Positions 1-10,509 of a DNA stretch of 64,000 bases are shown one piece after another (the stretch's first letter is position 1; the number at the start of each line of letters is the position of its first letter). The notes under the pieces are model-generated. The model was not told where the DNA came from, did no database searches, and saw only the letters and a program-made list of their open reading frames with translations. Where the stretch lies: the sequence record NC_061440.1; one strand, written 5' to 3'. Position numbers and translations under genes: made by a program.

Positions 1-1506
1 ATGGAAATGTTTTCGCTTGGCCTGGAAGTTCGGGCCATTCGAACTGTCACGAACCCAAAGATTAAGGAAGGTTACCGGACGGCCATGATGGGTCGTCTGG
101 GGCCATCCCACTTTAGTTCGGAAGTAACTCGCAAAGCATTCCGCCGCGTTACAAAGCTGGTGGAAGTGAAAAGCGAAATAATTGATTGGGAAGACTTGCT
201 GGAAGATCCGAACCTGAGCGAGGAGTTCAGGGACAGTCTGCGTGAAGCGGATGAGAAGCCAGCAAAGACCATGAAAGGTTTTGACAAGATATTCGACAGT
301 CTGGAGAAGTATCGCCAGCGCCGTGATATCATGAACCTCGGTAAGCAGATTGCTAAAGACTTTAGCGATGCAGACCCAGAGGAGTTCGACGAACAAACGT
401 ACATGCAAGAGCTGGCTGATAAGCTGGGTCAAGCGCAGCGTGGCACCCGTAAGACCGAGAAGGTTTGGTCATTCGGTGGCAAGAAGTCGAACGCATTAAA
501 GTTGGCGAAACAGGTAATCACTAACCCGAAAGAGGTGATGTACAAAACTGGCTTTAAAACATACGACGACAAGAACGGCGGCTGGCCGACTACTGGCGTT
601 GTGTTGTTAGCTGGTTCAACGTCTGGTGGTAAGTCTGTTATCTCGATGAACGTTGCGGATGCAATGGCGAAAGTGAACGGCATTCACTGTCTCAAGGTCA
701 CACTCGAAATGACCGCCGAGCAGGAAATGAAGCGTATGCTTTCGATGATCAGCGGTATTGACTTCTGGAAGATCAAGCAAGGCAAGTTGACCAAGCGTGA
801 ACAAGCCAAGCTGATGGATGCAGCCAAGAAGTACGATAAGATGGTACGCAAAGCTAAGGGACGTAACTCGTTTACCTCACCTGAGCGTGGAATGTCGATT
901 GATGATGTTCTGTGTATGTCTATTCCGTATGGCGTTCACGTAACCTTCATCGACTACGTTGGTCTGTTAGAGGGTATCGACAACGATAACCAATGGCGCG
1001 AACTGTCTACGATTGTCCGTAAAGCGAAAGTACACGCGAACGCAACAGGCCAGCTTGTTGTTATCCTGTGTCAGCTTGATGACCAGACAGGTCGTATTCG
1101 TTACTCTGGTGGTATGCGTGAACACGCCGACGTGGTGTGGGCATGGAACTACTCTGACCCAGAGATTCGTGAAGGTAAGCGCATCCCTGTTCAGGTAATG
1201 AAAGCGCGTGATGGTGAGTTGTTCGAAATGGCGTTGGAAGACGCATTCGAAACGATGACTGTACGCGATGCTGGCTCTGACGTTCCTGCCACAAGATCGA
1301 ATGCTATTGCTGCGGACGATATGGAAGGTAAGGGAGATTCCAAGAAGAAATTCGGAAAAGGTAATTTCAAGAAGAAAGATAAAATTGAGATTAAGAAGTC
1401 TCGTCGTGGCGCTGCTGCATTCCTTAACTCGGGAGCTGATAGCGATGATGACGATGGCGACCTACCGAAGAAAAAGAAAAAGCGCAAGTCGTATGACGTA
1501 GCTTAG
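1..1506 (+). CDS. DnaB-like replicative helicase
   Basis: Walker A GSTSGGKS, TLEM motif, Walker B FIDY, LCQL and KARDG motifs of the DnaB/SF4 family; K/D-rich C-terminal tail. It starts at base 1, so the 5' end may be incomplete. Confidence 0.88.
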   Translation: MEMFSLGLEVRAIRTVTNPKIKEGYRTAMMGRLGPSHFSSEVTRKAFRRVTKLVEVKSEIIDWEDLLEDPNLSEEFRDSLREADEKPAKTMKGFDKIFDSLEKYRQRRDIMNLGKQIAKDFSDADPEEFDEQTYMQELADKLGQAQRGTRKTEKVWSFGGKKSNALKLAKQVITNPKEVMYKTGFKTYDDKNGGWPTTGVVLLAGSTSGGKSVISMNVADAMAKVNGIHCLKVTLEMTAEQEMKRMLSMISGIDFWKIKQGKLTKREQAKLMDAAKKYDKMVRKAKGRNSFTSPERGMSIDDVLCMSIPYGVHVTFIDYVGLLEGIDNDNQWRELSTIVRKAKVHANATGQLVVILCQLDDQTGRIRYSGGMREHADVVWAWNYSDPEIREGKRIPVQVMKARDGELFEMALEDAFETMTVRDAGSDVPATRSNAIAADDMEGKGDSKKKFGKGNFKKKDKIEIKKSRRGAAAFLNSGADSDDDDGDLPKKKKKRKSYDVA

Positions 1507-1514
1507 GAGTCTTC

Positions 1515-1757
1515 ATGGACAACATCGACTGGCTTGTGTTTGACGACGCAGCCAACCTAAACATAGACAAGGATTACGTCTATCATGTTCGCACCAAGGA
1601 GGGTGCAGAGTATTCTGGTATGTACCCTAACGGGGCAGGCTTTCATTGCCAGAATCCAGGCGAACCTCGCCGTGTATCAATGTCTGACGTAACGCACTAT
1701 GCAGTGCAGATGGCGTTTGATGATCACGCCGATAAATACGTGTTCAAACGTGAGTAA
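1515..1757 (+). CDS. hypothetical protein
   Basis: ORF with AGGAG RBS directly after the helicase. Confidence 0.7.
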   Translation: MDNIDWLVFDDAANLNIDKDYVYHVRTKEGAEYSGMYPNGAGFHCQNPGEPRRVSMSDVTHYAVQMAFDDHADKYVFKRE

Positions 1758-2553
1758 GTTCGAAGGTCCGTACGGACTCACTGAGACAGAGCACATGGTC
1801 CCACGCTGGACGTACCCTGTTAAGCATGGACAGGTTCGTCGTGTTGAAGCGTGGGAACTCGATACGATGCCGAATGCCACGCAGCAAGTGCGCATGGTAA
1901 ACGATATTCATGCAATCCACAGTACACCTGTAGAGGACTACGATGACGAACTCGACCTCGATGAAGAAGCCGCAACGATCTCAAAAACTGAGTCCAGACT
2001 TCTTATCAAGCCTCGACTCAATGAAATCCGCTCCCGTCACAACAAAGACCACATTAGTCCAGAGAACGTCTTCACCGTCAGCGACGAAGTAATTGATGGT
2101 GCGCTGGACAGCATTGACAGCTACTCGGAAACATTCCGCGAGTACCTGATGCACCATGTGTTCAGCCCGATACTTGGGTTTGACATTGCGGCAGGTGAAG
2201 TGGAAGCAATCGCCAAAGACTGTCTCAAAACAGATCTTGAGATAGACAGCGAGCTTGTGCCGTATATCGAGCGCGTAGGGCTTGCTAACGTTCTTGGCGC
2301 TATGCTTACGAAGTCCCAGTCAGTGCCCGAACAAGTACGCGCAGACGTTCTGAAAGACTGGTTAATTAAAGCGTTTGATGACGTTCGCGCAGAGCACAAA
2401 GCGAAGAACACCACCAATGGTCTTCGTGCGCAAATTCGTCGTCTAATGCACGGTAACACCGACCTTGTTGCTAAAGGCACTGGCACGGGTATCGGTACGA
2501 CAAGAGGATTTTCTGAGTACAGGAAACAGATGAACGAGAATGGCCAAGCCTAA
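1750..2553 (+). CDS. hypothetical protein (position suits a terminase small subunit)
   Basis: GTG start overlapping the upstream stop; overlaps the terL start; function inferred from position only. Confidence 0.55.
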   Translation: MSKFEGPYGLTETEHMVPRWTYPVKHGQVRRVEAWELDTMPNATQQVRMVNDIHAIHSTPVEDYDDELDLDEEAATISKTESRLLIKPRLNEIRSRHNKDHISPENVFTVSDEVIDGALDSIDSYSETFREYLMHHVFSPILGFDIAAGEVEAIAKDCLKTDLEIDSELVPYIERVGLANVLGAMLTKSQSVPEQVRADVLKDWLIKAFDDVRAEHKAKNTTNGLRAQIRRLMHGNTDLVAKGTGTGIGTTRGFSEYRKQMNENGQA

Positions 2554-5368
2554 GAAGGGTCCAGCTTTCTCCCTACGTCCAAAACGCATTGCGGCCTTTG
2601 ATGCGCTGCTTGGTGATGACGTACAGGTAGAGGCTTCCGCTGACATGGACTTCTTGTCAGATAATAGTTCAAGTGCGATTAACTTCTTGGAGAAGGGTGA
2701 GGTTAATATCGTTGACTTGGTTGAGGGCGCACTGGAACAACGCACCCTCGTACCACGCGATTTGAAGTTCGACGACAGTTCAATGCCTAAGGCGAAACAC
2801 TTCCTTGAGTGGTGCACTAGTCCCGACTTCCTTAAAGCCGAACCGTATCTTGAACAGGCCTTGATTGGTCTTCGCTTATTCGGAGAGATTTGCGTTCGCT
2901 GCTCTCCTAATCTGCAATGGATGTACACTGAAAACCACGAGCCACAAGAAACAACTGCCGCAATCGAGGAACACTTGCACCTGCTACATAATGGTGTGTG
3001 CCCTCATTGCGGCGCTCGTCGTTCTGAGATGATTCGCAAGAAAGAGATGAACTTCTACAACGAACTGGCTGTGAACGCCGGACAGCGTTGTGTGATTGCT
3101 TCAACTCCTGTTGTGACTTCTCGTGGTATCATGCCGATTGGTCATATGATGGTCGGCCACGACACTCCTGGTTTCCATAAGCCTCGTCGCAACTTCAATG
3201 CGCATAACGGGCGAGAGATCAAGAACGTCAGTCAGGTGTATGTCTCCGATGAAAGCCCAACGAAAGTCGTGACGCTTGCAAACGGCATGTGGATTGAAGC
3301 AACTCATGAGCACCCTGTGCGTACTGAGCAAGGCTTCAAGAAAGTGTCTAAGCTGAAAGTAGGCGACCGTATCGAGATCAAACTCGGTACGAACTCGTGG
3401 GGTAAGATTCAACGTCCTGTATCTATCTATGATGCTGGACTCTCCGTGCGCGAAGAAGCTCTGCGGTATATCGCTGATCGCTCGCTCGCAATCGGAGACA
3501 AGATGCAGTATGTGTCCGATGATGTTGACGCGCTACAGATGGTGTGGTCGATTCTTATCAATGCTGGCCATATGCCTCAAGTGTTACATGACACGCGAAG
3601 CTGGAGCATTGTTTATGATCTCAATGAGCCGCCTGAGTGCCGCTCTCTCCATGTCGAAGTGCAGTCAGTAGATGAAGGCACACCTCAGGTAACGTATGAC
3701 CTACAGATGGAGGGCTTGCCTCAATTCGTAGCGTCAGGCCTGCTGCATCACAATAGCGGTAAGTCGGTCGTGGTAGCGATGATCTCTACCTATCTGACAC
3801 ACAGACTGCTTATGTCGCAATCGCCTACTGGTATCTTGAGCATCGACAGCACAACCGTATTGCACGGAACGTTCGTCGCGCTGACCCAGAAGCAAGCGGC
3901 AGATACACTCTGGACACCGTACTTCAACTATATCATGGGTAGTCCTTGGTTCCAAGCCTATCACGATCTGATTCGCAAACACGAACGCCGTTACGGCATC
4001 GAGGTGATGAAGATTCGTGATACGTTCGTTCTGTACGGACACAGGAACTTCGTTATCTACCCAGCAGGTCCAGATGGTCGTATTCTTCGTGGTCGAACTC
4101 GTGTACTGGCGGTGATCGATGAGGTGGCGTATTTCGACAACGACGCCCAATCCAAAAAGATCAAAGTCAGTGCTGGTGCTGTATACGGAGCACTCGACCG
4201 TTCACTTGCAACCGTGCGAGCGAAAGAGAAACGACAAGTCGAGGCAGGCTACGACGAGGCATTCACGGGCTACTTCTGCAACATCAGTAGTCCGGTACAC
4301 GCTCGTGATAAAATCAATGAGCTGTTGCGTATGTCAGTAGGCTCGGAGAAGCTGTTAGGCATTCATGCTCCTACGTGGAAGATGAACCCTGACATGCCAC
4401 GTAACTCCGAGTTCCTTGTCGAGGCATTCCGTCGTGACCCTGTTGGTGCAGCGCGAGATTATGGCGCAGAAGCACCGTTGTCTGCTAACCCGTTCATCAC
4501 GCAGCCTACGTTTATCGCAGATGCTATCCGTGAGAAAGGTCGTTCGATGTGTACCTACACGCATCATATCATTCGACACAAAGACGGTGAACGCCAGCGC
4601 TACGGTAGTCTGGTAAAAGCGGCAACGACAACCAAAGCGTCCATCCTTGCGATAGATGCTGGCTTCTCGAATAACAGCTTCGCACTCGTAACAGGCTCGC
4701 GTGGTGATGATGGTATTATCAGTGTTGACTGTCTGGTGGAGATCGTTCCAAAGCCGGGCATACCTCTGAACTATACTCTCATCTTTGACGAACTGCTTAT
4801 ACCTCTGTGTAAAGCGCGTAACGTGCGCGTCATGCTTGCTGACCAGTGGCAGTCTCTCAAACTGCTGCAAGACGCCAAGCTGAAAGTTGATTCGATTGAG
4901 GAGTCCGATCAGTACAGCCTGAAATATCAGGACATGTGGACTGTGAAGACGATGTTTGAATCCACTCCATCGAAAATCAGCTTACCGCGCATGACTCACG
5001 CCAACACGATTATGGACACGCTGAAATACGATGGCGATGAATATCCTCAGTGCTTCGAGAACAAACCAACAGAGCACTTGATCATGCAGCTCCAGACAGT
5101 GCAGGACACTGGGCGTAGCGTAATCAAGAACACAGGTGCAACCGATGACTTGTGGCGAGCGATGGCACTCATGGTCTATGGCTTCGAGTGTGGTAACTAC
5201 GACGAGTATCTGACGAAAGCGCCAGAAGTAGCAATCAACCGTGACCCGAATCGCTTGGGTCGTGTGGCGCATAGGCTTAACTCTGGCTCTGCTTCTATTG
5301 GCCGTCCACAGCTTAGTGGTGGTCGTGTTCTTGGCTCTGCGCGTACTCGGATGATCGGCCGTAAGTAA
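2540..5368 (+). CDS. terminase large subunit, intein-interrupted
   Basis: Walker A GQR/SGKS split by the intein, Walker B VIDEVAYF, RuvC-like AIDAGFSNN nuclease motif, N-terminal CxxC...CxxC. Confidence 0.9.
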   Translation: MAKPKKGPAFSLRPKRIAAFDALLGDDVQVEASADMDFLSDNSSSAINFLEKGEVNIVDLVEGALEQRTLVPRDLKFDDSSMPKAKHFLEWCTSPDFLKAEPYLEQALIGLRLFGEICVRCSPNLQWMYTENHEPQETTAAIEEHLHLLHNGVCPHCGARRSEMIRKKEMNFYNELAVNAGQRCVIASTPVVTSRGIMPIGHMMVGHDTPGFHKPRRNFNAHNGREIKNVSQVYVSDESPTKVVTLANGMWIEATHEHPVRTEQGFKKVSKLKVGDRIEIKLGTNSWGKIQRPVSIYDAGLSVREEALRYIADRSLAIGDKMQYVSDDVDALQMVWSILINAGHMPQVLHDTRSWSIVYDLNEPPECRSLHVEVQSVDEGTPQVTYDLQMEGLPQFVASGLLHHNSGKSVVVAMISTYLTHRLLMSQSPTGILSIDSTTVLHGTFVALTQKQAADTLWTPYFNYIMGSPWFQAYHDLIRKHERRYGIEVMKIRDTFVLYGHRNFVIYPAGPDGRILRGRTRVLAVIDEVAYFDNDAQSKKIKVSAGAVYGALDRSLATVRAKEKRQVEAGYDEAFTGYFCNISSPVHARDKINELLRMSVGSEKLLGIHAPTWKMNPDMPRNSEFLVEAFRRDPVGAARDYGAEAPLSANPFITQPTFIADAIREKGRSMCTYTHHIIRHKDGERQRYGSLVKAATTTKASILAIDAGFSNNSFALVTGSRGDDGIISVDCLVEIVPKPGIPLNYTLIFDELLIPLCKARNVRVMLADQWQSLKLLQDAKLKVDSIEESDQYSLKYQDMWTVKTMFESTPSKISLPRMTHANTIMDTLKYDGDEYPQCFENKPTEHLIMQLQTVQDTGRSVIKNTGATDDLWRAMALMVYGFECGNYDEYLTKAPEVAINRDPNRLGRVAHRLNSGSASIGRPQLSGGRVLGSARTRMIGRK
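3089..3754 (+). mobile_element. intein (222 aa) with only a remnant homing endonuclease, in the terminase Walker A
   Basis: Starts CVIASTPV, block B ATHEHP, ends LLHHN followed by Ser(+1); removal restores GQRSGKS. Confidence 0.92.
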
Positions 5369-5400
5369 GCTAATTTAACCGAGTCAGCAACTAGAGGAAT

Positions 5401-5622
5401 ATGATCATGAGTAAGCACTATAACCCACTGCTCAACAATAACTCTGTAAAGTCAGAGTCAAGCGGCAAGCAGGTGGAAAGCACCAGCGCCGCTTTCGTTG
5501 TTGAGAGCGCTAACGTGTGTCCCAAATGCAGCTCTGCGACTGTGCCTACACAACTTCTCTCAGGAGAGGGTGTGATGTTCTGTACAGGCTGCCGCGTGAG
5601 CCTCGCAATCCCATTGAAGTGA
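5401..5622 (+). CDS. small zinc-ribbon protein
   Basis: CPKC...CTGC. Confidence 0.7.
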   Translation: MIMSKHYNPLLNNNSVKSESSGKQVESTSAAFVVESANVCPKCSSATVPTQLLSGEGVMFCTGCRVSLAIPLK

Positions 5623-5629
5623 GGTAATT

Positions 5630-7567
5630 ATGGGCGTCCAGGTTGGTCGTCGTCAATTAGGCGGCACACACCAAGAGCCTGCAAAGAAGAAAGAAAAATC
5701 TCTCGGCGCAGCCTCTTTACCGCGCGAGATAGGCAAAGCAATCCGCAGTGAGAGTTCACGTCGTCACTCCGACTTCGTATCTCAATCTGCGGGTGGCGCA
5801 GGAATGGCTGCCGGTAATATGCAGATTGGTACCGTGCCTCTTGATATCGACTTAGAGCCGATGATGGAAGGTATGGACTATGATGCTGATGACCGACAGC
5901 TATTCAATGTCTACCGCGATATGTACCACTTTGACCCAATCTGCGGCTCCTACGTGGACCTGTTCTCAACGCTACCATTCTCCGATGTGAGTTTTAGTGG
6001 CGCTAAGGACAGTGTCCTTGAGCCGTACTACGAAGTGAACGAACGTTTGTCACTGACAACCAGTATGCCGAACATCACAACCGATATTCAGGTTACTGGC
6101 GCGTTCTGTGGCTCGATGATCTACAACAAAGACCGTAAAAAGTTTATCGACCTGATGACGCACCGTTACGACAACATCGACGTAACGCCACTGCCGTTTA
6201 TCAGTCAGGACCCGATGTTCGAACTGCGCATTCCTCAATACGTGAAGTCTGCTTTCGCTAAAGAAGGCAAACGCATTGACGCGCTGAAAAAAGAACTGGG
6301 CCCTGCGTTCGTTGATAAGCTCATGAACGACGTGACGATGGAACTCGACCCTATCGGCACAATCTACATTCCACGTAAAACGTTCAGCTTTGGCGAAGGT
6401 ATCTCGGTGTTACGCCGTGTCCTGCCGATTTGGCTGATTGAGAAGAATCTCTATCGTGGTACGCTGATTGAGTCAGGCCGTCGTCAACGTGGTATCTTAC
6501 ATGCCCAGCTGGGTGATGGTGATCAGTGGGAACCGTCGCAAGAAGAAATGGACTTTATGACCGACCTTCTTCTGTCTGCGGATAGTGACCCGATTGGATC
6601 TATCATTACAACCCGACTCGGTGTGAACATCAGTGAGTTCCGTCAAGGCGGCGACTTCTGGAAGATTACGGATATCTGGGACCAGACTGCTCAATTCAAA
6701 ATGCGAGCTATGGGTATCAGTGAAGCGTTCCTGAGTGGTGAAGCAAACTACGACTCGGGTGCGGCTGGCTTGACGATCTTCGTTGAAGCGATGCGAGCGT
6801 TCCGTGATCATCTGACGCGTAAAGTCTACTACGAGAAAGTCTTCCCACTTATCAGTATGATGAACGGCTTGGCTGTTCAGCGTAACGGTAAGATTATCAA
6901 GAAGAACAATCTCATGGAAGGCGGCCTGACCGAAGTAATGTACAAGATGAATGACGGTTCTAAGCTGTTTATTCCTAACGTGCATTGGTCTAAGCAACTG
7001 CGTCCTGATGTTGACCAGGCGATGATGGAAAACTTACGTGCGATGACTGAACTGGGTGTTCCAGTTCCGTTACGTGCTATCGCTGCGGCTGGCGGGTACA
7101 ACTTCGACCAGATTCTTATGGATCAGGATGAAGACCTCGCAATGCGTCGTAAGCTGATGGCGTACCGCAAACGTCAGGCTGAAATCGATCAGGAGTTCGC
7201 TCCGCCTGAGCCTGGTGCTGGCGGTGGTGACGGTGATAGCTTTAGTTCTGTTAGCTCAATGTCTGCTGACTTGCAGCGCCGTCGTCGTCACGTAGCTGGT
7301 ATCGGTCTGTCTTCTGCTGTACTTGGTGGTGAGCAACGCAAGCTGCTTAACCGTGACTTCGGTGAACGTTCTGAAATCTTTGAACTGTCCAAGACAGGTA
7401 AGAAGAAGCACGTCTTCCGTCAGTCCGTTGCTAACAGCAAAGCGAATGACGCTATCTGGAAAGCGGCGAAGACGTATGAGGCAAACAAAACGATGCCACT
7501 GGATAACGGCAAGGTATCATTCCAGCCGACACCTGGTGAGCTTCGTGCAATGTCGAGACTCCGTTAA
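5630..7567 (+). CDS. probable portal protein
   Basis: 645 aa, follows terL, general resemblance to myovirus portal proteins (inference). Confidence 0.65.
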   Translation: MGVQVGRRQLGGTHQEPAKKKEKSLGAASLPREIGKAIRSESSRRHSDFVSQSAGGAGMAAGNMQIGTVPLDIDLEPMMEGMDYDADDRQLFNVYRDMYHFDPICGSYVDLFSTLPFSDVSFSGAKDSVLEPYYEVNERLSLTTSMPNITTDIQVTGAFCGSMIYNKDRKKFIDLMTHRYDNIDVTPLPFISQDPMFELRIPQYVKSAFAKEGKRIDALKKELGPAFVDKLMNDVTMELDPIGTIYIPRKTFSFGEGISVLRRVLPIWLIEKNLYRGTLIESGRRQRGILHAQLGDGDQWEPSQEEMDFMTDLLLSADSDPIGSIITTRLGVNISEFRQGGDFWKITDIWDQTAQFKMRAMGISEAFLSGEANYDSGAAGLTIFVEAMRAFRDHLTRKVYYEKVFPLISMMNGLAVQRNGKIIKKNNLMEGGLTEVMYKMNDGSKLFIPNVHWSKQLRPDVDQAMMENLRAMTELGVPVPLRAIAAAGGYNFDQILMDQDEDLAMRRKLMAYRKRQAEIDQEFAPPEPGAGGGDGDSFSSVSSMSADLQRRRRHVAGIGLSSAVLGGEQRKLLNRDFGERSEIFELSKTGKKKHVFRQSVANSKANDAIWKAAKTYEANKTMPLDNGKVSFQPTPGELRAMSRLR

Positions 7568-7902
7568 TGTACAACGTAGCAACGTGTCCAATTGACGGTA
7601 CTGAGAAGGTGGTTGTGTATCGCCACCCTATCTTTACTGACTACGGTTTGGGTTTGAAGATAGACCGCAATCCTGATATGCCTATTGTCGAATGCAATAT
7701 CGTGACAGGCACTATCGACGGCGAATCTAAACTCGAAACCATCAGCGACCATACGGCACCACTCGAAGTTCAGGTGTGGTGTTTTACTGGTATGCTGACT
7801 CTGCGCGAATCTGTAAATATGCAGAGCCTATCACTCGATGCTTTATTCCCGAATAACGGGGGCATCGTATACTACAGACAAAACCAGGAGAGTACATCGT
7901 GA
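7567..7902 (+). CDS. hypothetical protein
   Basis: TAATG stop-start coupling with the portal gene. Confidence 0.65.
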   Translation: MYNVATCPIDGTEKVVVYRHPIFTDYGLGLKIDRNPDMPIVECNIVTGTIDGESKLETISDHTAPLEVQVWCFTGMLTLRESVNMQSLSLDALFPNNGGIVYYRQNQESTS

Positions 7903-8282
7903 GTGGATTATTCCCGCATCGCGTTATCGATCAGAAAGCAGGTTTCGTATTCGTTGTGCAGCCCGCCGACGAAAACGATGAAGACGCGGTTGAAGCGGCT
8001 AAGGAAGTTGAAGCCGTTCTGATCGAAGCGTGGCCGACTGCGCCGTCTGAACTGTCTGTCGAAGACGTGCGTGACCCAGAAGAAGCCGAACTGGTGTTTG
8101 CTGATATCATGCAACTGCTGGAAGAAGCAGAGCGTGAAGAAGCAAATCAGATCGTGGTTAGTGGTATTCTGATTGTCGGCGATCTGGTCATCGTCAACTG
8201 TATGTTGACTGGTGAAGACCTGTCTGACGAAGAAGACGAAGACGATGATTCCGTTGAAGCCGACGAAGAAGACTTCGCTTAA
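7899..8282 (+). CDS. highly acidic hypothetical protein
   Basis: AGGAG RBS, GTG start, strongly D/E-rich. Confidence 0.7.
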   Translation: MSGLFPHRVIDQKAGFVFVVQPADENDEDAVEAAKEVEAVLIEAWPTAPSELSVEDVRDPEEAELVFADIMQLLEEAEREEANQIVVSGILIVGDLVIVNCMLTGEDLSDEEDEDDDSVEADEEDFA

Positions 8283-8290
8283 CGTCTGTC

Positions 8291-8312
8291 GTGAGGACCT
8301 TCGGGTCCTCAT
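8291..8312 (+). promoter_or_regulatory. stable hairpin with C(UUCG)G tetraloop
   Basis: gtgaggacc-ttcg-ggtcctcat; no U-tract; overlaps the ATG of the next small ORF. Confidence 0.55.
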
Positions 8313-8445
8313 GAATCTAACCGAGACTAATCCGGTATACGCAGCAAAGTTCCTCACGAACAAAACTGACGACGAAGCACGGTCGTTACTTGCTGCCCTT
8401 AAAAACGATGAGGTAACATCACTGTACGATCTAATGGTGACGTGA
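8311..8445 (+). CDS. small hypothetical protein (44 aa, not in ORF track)
   Basis: MNLTETNPVY...; fills the gap, with TGATG coupling to the next gene. Confidence 0.5.
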   Translation: MNLTETNPVYAAKFLTNKTDDEARSLLAALKNDEVTSLYDLMVT

Positions 8446-8942
8446 TGGAAAATAGTACCGCGGACGAAAGTCCTAATAGCGCAAGGCATCGCATATTCTT
8501 CAAGCAGCCGAAACGAGTACCTCCCTTCGATACAGCTTTCGTTCGTTCATCTAATCGTGAAGGTCTGAAAGTCCTCCTATCGGCTGCCCCTGAACATTGT
8601 CAGATCATTTTGTTTTCGGACGGCCTCGGCATCGCTTCTGCCATGAAACGCCTCTTTAAGCGCAACTTCAAACTCTGTTCGCAAGCTCTACAATTCGACC
8701 TTAGGACACTTACGTTCACAGGTCAAGTCGTCTATCAATTTACTCGCGGTGGCGGTGTGTATGACCCTCTGGCCAGATACTTCTGCGCTGGCGATAGTCA
8801 CCTGCATGAACTCGCACAGACGACGAAGATTGCCGAAACCGAAACGGACACCATTGATATGTTCTGTTGCGGCTTGGCGTTCCATCGCGTGTTGCTTGAG
8901 CGTGGTCGAGGGCGTTCTATCGTTTTCGCGGAGGAACAATGA
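8445..8942 (+). CDS. hypothetical protein
   Basis: ORF in tightly coupled operon. Confidence 0.65.
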   Translation: MENSTADESPNSARHRIFFKQPKRVPPFDTAFVRSSNREGLKVLLSAAPEHCQIILFSDGLGIASAMKRLFKRNFKLCSQALQFDLRTLTFTGQVVYQFTRGGGVYDPLARYFCAGDSHLHELAQTTKIAETETDTIDMFCCGLAFHRVLLERGRGRSIVFAEEQ

Positions 8943-9967
8943 GTAGATCGTTCGCCTCTATCGGGAAGACTCCCGTTGCAGGTGCTACCCAGAAGATGAA
9001 GATCAAGTACGGCAAACAGCCGATGCTTCACATTGTTGATGCGTCAAACTGGATGTGCCGTGCTTACTTCGCTACGAATAAGAACCCGACCTATGCCAAA
9101 GACGGTACGCCTACTTATGGCTTACGCCAGTTCATGAACATGGTCAAGGACCTGATTGATATTGCCGCGAAAGACCCTAACGGTGCATATCTCGCATTCT
9201 GCTTCGACCCAGGCTCTAACGAGACTTGGCGTTATCGCGCTATCCAGCAATGGACAGCCGAGAACAAGAAGAAGTTTGTGCGTCAGGTCTTCAAAAAGAG
9301 TAGCGATTACAAAGGCAATCGTGATCGCTCTCTGACAAAAGAGCTGGGCGTCCAGATGCAGTTGGCCCGCGACATTCTGGAAATGGCTGGCTACTATGTT
9401 GGCCTGAAACGTCCGTATGAGTGTGATGATTTGGTTGGCACGTTAAGCGACCGCTTCAAGCACAAGTACCTGATCAAGCTCTATTCGCGTGACAAAGACT
9501 ACGTGCAACTTGTTGACCACAAGAACGTGGAGCTTATCATGCAAGCGCAGTCGAATGCAGCCGAGCGTCGCTTCACGCTTAAAACCGCTCAAGGATTCTT
9601 CGGTGTACCTCCAGACCGTGTTATTGATATGCTTGCCCTCTCTGGCGATAGCGTCGATAACGTACCTGGGATTCCTGGCATTGGCGAAAAGACTGCTGCC
9701 GAGTTTATCAACCGCTTCGGTGGTGCTCTCGAACTTCGAGAAGCGTTACTCAGTGGTGAACTCAAATCGAAGGCCGGTTGGGCGAAAGCTCTTATCGGGG
9801 AAATTCCTTCAATGGATATTGAATTGCAAATGGAGCTTGTAACTATCGACCGTAACGTACCGACGCTTCCACGTAAGCTCGATGCGTTCGTGCCTGGCCG
9901 CCCAGACATAAAAGCGTTGAAAGCAACTATGAAACGCCTGGGTCTGCCTCACTTATTACACGTCTAG
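8939..9967 (+). CDS. 5'-3' exonuclease / flap endonuclease (PolA N-terminal, T5 FEN-like)
   Basis: IVDASN, YKGNR, ECDDLVGT, SRDKDYVQL, GDSVDNVPGIPGIGEKTA (H3TH) motifs. Confidence 0.93.
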   Translation: MSRSFASIGKTPVAGATQKMKIKYGKQPMLHIVDASNWMCRAYFATNKNPTYAKDGTPTYGLRQFMNMVKDLIDIAAKDPNGAYLAFCFDPGSNETWRYRAIQQWTAENKKKFVRQVFKKSSDYKGNRDRSLTKELGVQMQLARDILEMAGYYVGLKRPYECDDLVGTLSDRFKHKYLIKLYSRDKDYVQLVDHKNVELIMQAQSNAAERRFTLKTAQGFFGVPPDRVIDMLALSGDSVDNVPGIPGIGEKTAAEFINRFGGALELREALLSGELKSKAGWAKALIGEIPSMDIELQMELVTIDRNVPTLPRKLDAFVPGRPDIKALKATMKRLGLPHLLHV

Positions 9968-9978
9968 TAGAGGATAGC

Positions 9979-10509
9979 ATGACGGAAAAGATTGAACAGT
10001 TGGCGAAGTGGTATGACGCGGCTAAGACCGCGTTTAAGATGGGTACTCTCAATCCTAACGCCAACATGGCGTTGCTGCTGAGTATTCTGGCTCGTCTGAA
10101 TAAGTCAGTGGACGAAGCCGCTCCTGGTCCTGTGCGTGATCAGGCCGAAAAGGAACGTGCTGAGTTTCTTGACGAGCTGGCTGGTGAGGTCGATATGTAC
10201 GCTCTCATCCGCAAGCGCTTCAACAACGATCTGTACCCAGGCATTACTGTGAGTGAAGACGTGAAGGTGTATGTTGCCCTCATGTCTGATCGCCCAGGCA
10301 GTGCTGTAATGGCGATGACCTTCCTGCACCTTGCACGTTGCTATACGCTCAAGGACATGATCATTAACTTTCTCCCGAACGGCTTCCCAGCTGAGGACGC
10401 ACTTGGCCTCACTTGGAGCATACAGAAAACAGACGCCGGAAACCTGGTGGATGATATTGATTCTGTAAATAGCCTGTACAATAAGATGTATAACTCTGGA
10501 GATAAGTAA
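9979..10509 (+). CDS. hypothetical protein
   Basis: GAGGA RBS, 176 aa. Confidence 0.7.
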   Translation: MTEKIEQLAKWYDAAKTAFKMGTLNPNANMALLLSILARLNKSVDEAAPGPVRDQAEKERAEFLDELAGEVDMYALIRKRFNNDLYPGITVSEDVKVYVALMSDRPGSAVMAMTFLHLARCYTLKDMIINFLPNGFPAEDALGLTWSIQKTDAGNLVDDIDSVNSLYNKMYNSGDK

